Below, piece by piece: positions 38,620 to 64,000 of a stretch of DNA of 64,000 nt; positions within the stretch are counted from its first letter, which is position 1, and every line of letters begins with the position of its first letter. Made by a program: the position numbers and the translations under genes. The DNA is taken from NCBI RefSeq assembly GCF_009834535.1, contig NC_045706.1, positions 24,118,001 to 24,182,000 on the forward strand, read 5' to 3'. The notes beneath the pieces are model-generated. The model did not search any database, was not told where the DNA came from, and was given only the letters and a program-made list of their open reading frames with translations. The DNA comes from Camelus ferus. Lineage: Eukaryota.

Positions 38620-39000
38620 CAACTTAGGTGAGGGATTCGCTCCCTCTTCCTCCGCCTGCTTGGATAGGGGTAGCTGGGAGGACAGATTTCTGCTCGGATA
38701 GAGCCAGGTGGGCGCGCACCACTTCTGGCCGCGCGCCTCCTCCTCCTCCTCCCAGTTTTGTTCACGCTTCTGCGCCTGCGCAGTGCGACGAATCTGGCGC
38801 TGTCCCTTTCAGCACCACGCGGAGCCCGCGCCTCCCCTCCCCGCGGTGAGCCCCGCGCGCCCCCGCCTCGCACGTTCTTGCTCCCCTTGACCACCCGAAC
38901 AAACCCCTTCTTCCTTCCAGGGTCACCATCTGCCTGCCCCGGAGTTCCCAAGGAGAGCAGTTGCCATAGTAACTCTAGCAGTGCTTTCTTAAAATAGCTG
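38620..39000. promoter_or_regulatory. CpG bidirectional promoter region between FBXL15 and PSD, with a probable upstream PSD non-coding exon ending at 38845
   Basis: NRF1 TGCGCCTGCGCA 38771-38782, RE1 half-sites 38796-38816, plus-strand donor CG|GTGAGC at 38845/38846, and X-box 38960-38973. Confidence 0.6.
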
Positions 39001-39659
39001 GGCCCGCTTCTACCTTGGCCAAGGGCACAAGGGTTGCCTGTCTCCCACTTTCTCCAGTCCAGGCGTCATTCCATCTAACCTTTTATCCCCAGACTGGCAG
39101 GATGCCTAACCTAAGCAGCAAGGAAGTTCTTTCCGAAGTCTGACTAACATTCCTGCTGCTGCATCCTGGGCAAGTAGTCAGGGTTTCATCTCCTGGGTCC
39201 AAGAGTCAGAGCCCCCAGAGGGTTTGAGGCGCTGTTCCCTAGATCTCTCTTCCNNNNNNNNNNNNNNNNNNNNNNNNNNNNNNNNNNNNNNNNNNNNNNN
39301 NNNNNNNNNNNNNNNNNNNNNNNNNNNNNNNNNNNNNNNNNNNNNNNNNNNNNNNNNNNNNNNNNNNNNNNNNNNNNNNNNNNNNNNNNNNNNNNNNNNN
39401 NNNNNNNNNNNNNNNNTGCATCTGGGTTCTGCGTGTGGCTCAGGGGGTGGTGGACGAGAGGGACGTGTACACGATTGGGGTGGGGCATGTGATGGTCAGA
39501 ACAGAACCAGGGGTTCCATACGTCCTCCCCCTCTTCAGGGGCGGGTCTCAGGTTGGCGGGAGAGCCCAGCGGCGACCTAGCGTCTAAAAGGGGGGGCAGC
39601 CTCTGGGCCTCAGGGCCCTGGGAGAGGGCGGGGGGTGGGTGGGTGGGGGGGGGGATTAG

Positions 39660-39814
39660 CTCTGTCTGAGCCGCGCGTTGAGGGAGGAGGAGGGACTGAG
39701 AGGCGGGCGGGCCTGGAGCAAGCGGGAGCAAGCGGGAGCCGTGCTGCCTTCACAGCTGAGCTGGGCCCAGCCTCTCCCCTGCCTCTCTTCGGCCCCAGCT
39801 CCAAGCGAGCAGCG
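39660..39814 (+). other. PSD: PSD non-coding exon 1 (probable main TSS)
   Basis: CpG-rich segment ending in donor CG|GTGAGT at 39814/39815. The 5' end is approximate. Confidence 0.6.
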
Positions 39815-41154
39815 GTGAGTACAGATGCGGCTCCAGTCCAGGTCTGCACTGGGAGCGCGATGGGCCCCGATTAAGCTTCAGGAACCTGCCTGGCAGTGTT
39901 GCTGCTTCTGACCTCTGCCCCTACCCTGCATTGCCACCAGAGGCCCCTTTACCCCTTTATGGTCCCTTCTGGGCTGGACAAGATCTGTTATACCCTTGGG
40001 GTGGAGGGCGGGTGGTGGGAGCGAGAGATGGGGAGAGGGCTCTGGTGCAACCTTCCCCTCCAGAGACCAGTGACTGGTGGGGGTTGGGGGAGAAGGTATA
40101 TGTCCCTGCTTAAGTATACGTGCGTGTGCATCTGTATTTGTGTGTGATTGTGACCAGTAGGTCTCTGTGAGTGTCTAAATTGCCTGTGTCTCTGTGTGCT
40201 TTGAAGAATGAGGGCCTGTATGTATATTTGGGTATCTCTTTTTGTGTTCCTATTTGATGACAGAGTGTGTGTAAAACAAGCATGTGCCTTTCCATTACAC
40301 ACATATTTGTTATGACTGTGAGAGTGTATGAGGGTGTGTCTTTGAGCAATATGTGTGTGCCTGTGCCTGTGTGTGCTCGAGGGTGTTGTCTATGGATGTG
40401 TTTAGCTATGTACTGACATTATTTGTCCTTATGTGTGTGTGCATGAATGTGTGTAGCTGTATGGAGAATAAGAATATCCCTTTCCCATCCAGCATGTATG
40501 TGTTAGGTGAAGAGACTTCAGGCCTTTCTCCTCCCTTTCACCTATGCCTCTCAGCCCTTCGTCTCCCTATATGCCACCCCCATTCTTCTTCCCTTTCATT
40601 CCAGGAGGCCTGAGTTCTCCCTCACTGTATGAGGGGCTTCCATAAGAGAGGCTGTGGGAGACCCATGGCTAGATGATGGTGATGGCTGCTTGATACTCAT
40701 GGTCCTGAGGGTGGGGTAGCTGGCTTCCCCCTCCCCTACCAGCAGTAGTTCCAAAATGCCACAGGGACTCTGGGCTCACTCAGTTTCTGAAATAGCTTCC
40801 TCTCTCCTCCCAGGGTGATTCTCAGGGCCCCCAGACAGGAGAGGAGCCAGGGGCCCACTGGGGGTATTATTCTTTTTTCCTCAGGCCTCCATGGAAGTAG
40901 CCCCAGCAGGAGGACCAATTACCCACAGGGGTGGGATAAGTGATGCCATATTCCCAGGGTGGGCTAAGCCCCTGGCCCTCAGTGGCTCTAGCCAGCTTTC
41001 CCCTCCCTATCTTTGCTCTCCTGCCCACCCAACACCCTAGCAGTTCACCCCCTACACCCCTTCCTCTCTTGCAGGCCTGTCTGAAGAGCATGCTGCCCCC
41101 TCACTCCNNNNNNNNNNNNNNNNNNNNNNNNNNNNNNNNNNNNNNNNNNNNNNN

Positions 41155-54491
<13,337 letters not shown>

Positions 54492-55050
54492 GTTGGGGAT
54501 GGGAGTGTGTGGGGAGGGTGGTGCCCACTGGGCACCTGCATGCCGTGGTCCTGCCTGAGCCCGGGCCGGCCTCGGGCCACCTGTGAGGGCCCCTTGGCCC
54601 AGGGCCTGACCGCGCCGGACGCGGTGTCCGGGGCAGGGCAGGGCTAGGGCGTGGGCCTCAGGAGCCTTAGGCTAAAGGCCCCTCTGAGATCCCCTTTTTG
54701 TGATAATGTTTTGCACTTTTTCGTACAGGGGCTGGGGTGGGAGGGGCCAGGGCCCCTGGACTTTTGATGCTTTTTTTTTTCTTTTGTGGGGGAGACCTGA
54801 CGTTTCTGCTTTCTGCTGAGACCACCCCCACCCCTGACACCAGCAATCCCCCTCCATCCTGGGGCCTGGCTCAGAGTCCAGGAGTTGGGGCTGAGCTGGT
54901 TTCCCTCCCTCTTCCCTGAGGACTCACCCTCTCTCTTTCCAGAGGTGGAGGAAAGGTGTCCATGCCGAGGCCCCGTGCACAGGCCAGGGGCAGCATGGTC
55001 TCGCTTTCCCTCCTTCAGTGGGTCCCGCCCTTTGTACAGCCTCCACCTCC

Positions 55051-55056
55051 ATTAAA
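55051..55056 (+). terminator. PSD poly(A) signal ATTAAA
   Basis: 560 nt after the PSD stop; I saw no AATAAA in between. Confidence 0.7.
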
Positions 55057-55209
55057 ACTGCTCTAGACTTGCTGGCTGGGCCTCCTTCTCTCTCCAGTGA
55101 CTGGCCTGAGGCCTGAGAGTAGGCATTTGGTTCCAGGGGATGAGAGTCACAACAGGAGCTGCTTTAAGTTAGAGAGGGGCCAGGCCCCCTCCTTTTCCCA
55201 TGAGAATCT

Positions 55210-55215
55210 TTTATT
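55210..55215 (-). terminator. NFKB2 poly(A) signal AATAAA
   Basis: TTTATT on the plus strand, about 100 nt past the NFKB2 stop. Confidence 0.85.
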
Positions 55216-55316
55216 TGCCCCAACTGAGGGATGGGCGTGGGGTGTTAAATAAGAACTGGAATAGGCAGGGACACTGTACAGAGGGGCCCAGAAAAAGGGC
55301 TGGTGGGTGGGCGGCA

Positions 55317-61543
<6,227 letters not shown>

Positions 61544-61599
61544 GTCTCTGGGCTAGGCCCGGCTCTGTCCCGTGGCTCCGGCCGGGTTCTGTTTCCCAG

Positions 61600-63130
61600 A
61601 GTTTCAGGCGCCCGCCTTAGGTGGGGAGAAGTGGGAGGAGGGAGAGAGAGATCAGGACCGGAGTTCGTAGAGGGGCCCAGATTTGGGGGAGGGTCCGATC
61701 TCTTCCAGCCACCCGTCCGGGCGTGGCGGGCAAGATCCGGTGGAGGGCGAGATCCGGAGCTGGGCTGGGCCGGGGAAGGGGCAGGAAAGTTAGAACAGCT
61801 TAGGAAAGTCCCGAAAATACCAGGGGGAGGCGGGGCCGGAGGGGGCGGGCCTGGAAATGACGCCACTGGCCACGCCCCCGAGGCGGGATGGGAGATAGGT
61901 CTTTGCTGGCCTGCGGGCGTCCGCAGTGTCTGTGAAAGCAGAGGGGCAACCAGACCCCGGGAGGGCCCCGCGGGGTTTGGGGGGCGCCTCTCTCCTCCCT
62001 CCAGGGCAGGCGCCGGGGACAGGAGTGTCTTTCAAGGCTGGGGAGGCTTAGTCCGGGGCCAGGCCCGCCTTCCCCCTTCCCCTCCCCCGTCCTGGAGCAA
62101 CCATGGGATTTTCTACCCCGACGGAGGCCACGGCTGATTCACCCCGGGGGCTTTTGGGGGGACATTCCTCCTGTAGGAAGTCCTCCTCCCCGAAGTCCTG
62201 TAGGTGGGGGCTCTTCCCACTGGGGGCCCCGGTGTTCTGCCTCGAGAACTGGTCTCTGGGGCCACGGGGCGGGGGTGGGGAAGGAAACATGTCTCCTCCT
62301 TGGGATGGGCTCCTCTATTCCTTTTCCCCGATACACCTCAACAGCCGTTGATTCCTACATCGCACCTGTTTGGGTACCCAGACTCCCCTCCCCAGTCCCA
62401 TAGCCTCGTATAATACATGAGTGTGTCTGCACCTCAGGTATACAAGTGTGTTTCGACCCATGTGCTTGCATGTTGTGTGTGCGTGGCGTGAACATGCGTG
62501 TACAGGTGAGCGTCCTTAAACTTCTCAGTGTGGATACATGTCTGAGCATGTAGGTAAGGGCACAGGTGAACATATATTTGAGTTTGTGCGTGAATGGTGT
62601 AGGTCCAGGCATCTATGCGTGGGTGAGCGAGTCAGAGTGCACGGACGATGCTGTGCACGCACCGGCATACGTGTAGGTGTACATATGGCCCGCGTGTGTG
62701 TCTTTGTACAAGGATATCGATGTGTATCCTTGTGTTTTGTTTGTGTGTGTGCTCTCTGTGAGTGTGCAATATGCCGCTCTCCAGCCCTGGGGCTCGGTCA
62801 GCTAAGGGCCCGCCTCCCGCCCTTCCCCCCCGCCCCCCCAAGGGTCTGAACCCGGCCACTCACCGCTGCCGCGGCTCCGGCTCCAGATGCTCTCCCGGCC
62901 TGACCCACCTCGGACCGGTCGCGACACCTGTCCAGCCACTAGGACTCCAGCCGGGAAAGCCCCTTTTCCGCCCCCGGGAGGGGGGAATTCCCGTGACGTT
63001 TCCGTGCGTCACTCTCCATGCCCCTTTTCACTGGCTGAAAGTTTAACTACCGCCCTCACGCAGCCAATCGGGAGTGACTCAGGCGCGCCCCTTGGAGGGG
63101 AAATATTCGCGTAGAGCGGGAAGCCAGGCT
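61600..63130 (-). promoter_or_regulatory. NFKB2: NFKB2 promoters (CpG island) with multiple kB sites; non-coding exon with donor at 62864; ATG exon acceptor at 61615
   Basis: GGGACTTTCC (minus, 61803-61812), GGGACATTCC 62159-62168, GGGAAAGCCC 62953-62962, GGGAATTCCC 62983-62992, TGACG 62994-62998, CCAAT 63064-63068, TGACTCA 63075-63081. Donor CG|GTGAGT at 62864/62863. Confidence 0.8.
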
Positions 63131-63415
63131 GTGGATGACAGTCAGGTAAGAGTTCTGGCCTGGGGACCAGCTAGCTGAGGGATCCTCTGATCAAGCCGGC
63201 TCCAGTCTTCTCACCCACCCAGGCCTGTCCCAGACGGCTGGCAGCCCCCTCTGCTACTTGGCTTATGCTACACCTAATGCTTGGCCACTTTGGAAGCCGG
63301 GGAACCCCAGGGGGAAGCTGGCGGGCCCCAGCCCTGTGTTCCTCCGCCCGGAGCGGGGCCCCGGTACCGGGAAGAATTAGGGGAAGAGGAAGTTGATCTT
63401 GCAGTTAGTCCCAGA

Positions 63416-63429
63416 GCGCCATCTGGCGG
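63416..63429 (-). promoter_or_regulatory. Strong CTCF core motif CCGCCAGATGGCGC
   Basis: Matches the CTCF consensus CCASYAGRKGGCRS with only minor deviation. Confidence 0.6.
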
Positions 63430-64000
63430 AAGCCACAGGGAGACTCCGTAATCGTCTCTTGATCAATGTCTTAACTCAGTCTTCCCTGGAAGAGACAATC
63501 TGTACCTAACTTATTCTTAAAAATAGCAGATTAACAGCGGGCTAGACTTTCAGACCTGAACTCAGACGCTCTGCTTCGGGTAAGGGAAAATGAGGTGTTT
63601 ATCTGAGAGACTCAAGCCTTGTTCATCGATCACAGAGATTTGGAATATTAGAATTGAAAAGGCATCCAAAATTAATAGTTCAGACTTCCTCTGTTGTAGG
63701 AAATTGCCCTTTGTACAATTTTCAGCGTCTGCTTCAACACTTCTAGCGACAGCAAGGTCGGTACAGAATTTCATATAGTACTGAACTCGGCGGCTGGACG
63801 TCTCTGGTTGGTAGAATTTCTCTTTAGGTGGTACCATGAGTAATCTCCATTACTGGAGGCATCCTCCCTTAGGCTCATGGTAGAACACAGGCTGTTAATT
63901 CAGACCTTTCCTGCAACTTTCCCCTGACCTTAATAACGGAATTACGAGCCTGCAGTAGCTCTGTATAAATGGAGACTATTATGGCTCTTGATTTGGGCTA

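Noticed and set aside
39960-40520. TG-rich stretch (also 46430-46720, 48050-48460, 62400-62770)
   Set aside because: Degenerate (TG)n low-complexity sequence without periodic structure or coding signal.
63562-63837. 91-aa minus-strand ORF upstream of NFKB2, possibly a retrocopy
   Set aside because: No protein recognised, no poly(A) tail or TSD seen. A BLASTx search would be needed.

Overview
Mammalian genomic DNA, most likely a camelid (three copies of a tRNA-derived SINE resembling Vic-1; inference). It is syntenic to human 10q24.32 in reverse orientation. Gene order: MFSD13A/TMEM180 (-, 5' six coding exons; runs off the left edge), C10orf95 orthologue (+), MIR146B (-), CUEDC2 (+), FBXL15 (-), PSD/EFA6A (+) and NFKB2 (-, complete, 901 aa). 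I traced exon boundaries by hand (GT-AG, phases consistent) and identified genes by recalling the human proteins, not by database search. Six N-runs (132-196 nt) hide the likely CUEDC2 exon 1, the CUEDC2 C-terminus, the PSD start codon, one PSD Sec7 exon, part of the PSD promoter and the start of an alternative PSD first exon. I found no wholly new biological system. The best second-look items are: an intronic CpG-island first exon giving a Sec7-less PSD isoform, possibly with an overlapping uORF; a divergent REST half-site pair and RFX X-boxes at PSD; a kB/STAT/C-EBP composite element and TATA-driven mini-exon upstream of miR-146b; the uncharacterised C10orf95 ORF; a template-switch-like perfect hairpin in a MaLR LTR; and a locally copied L1 fragment.
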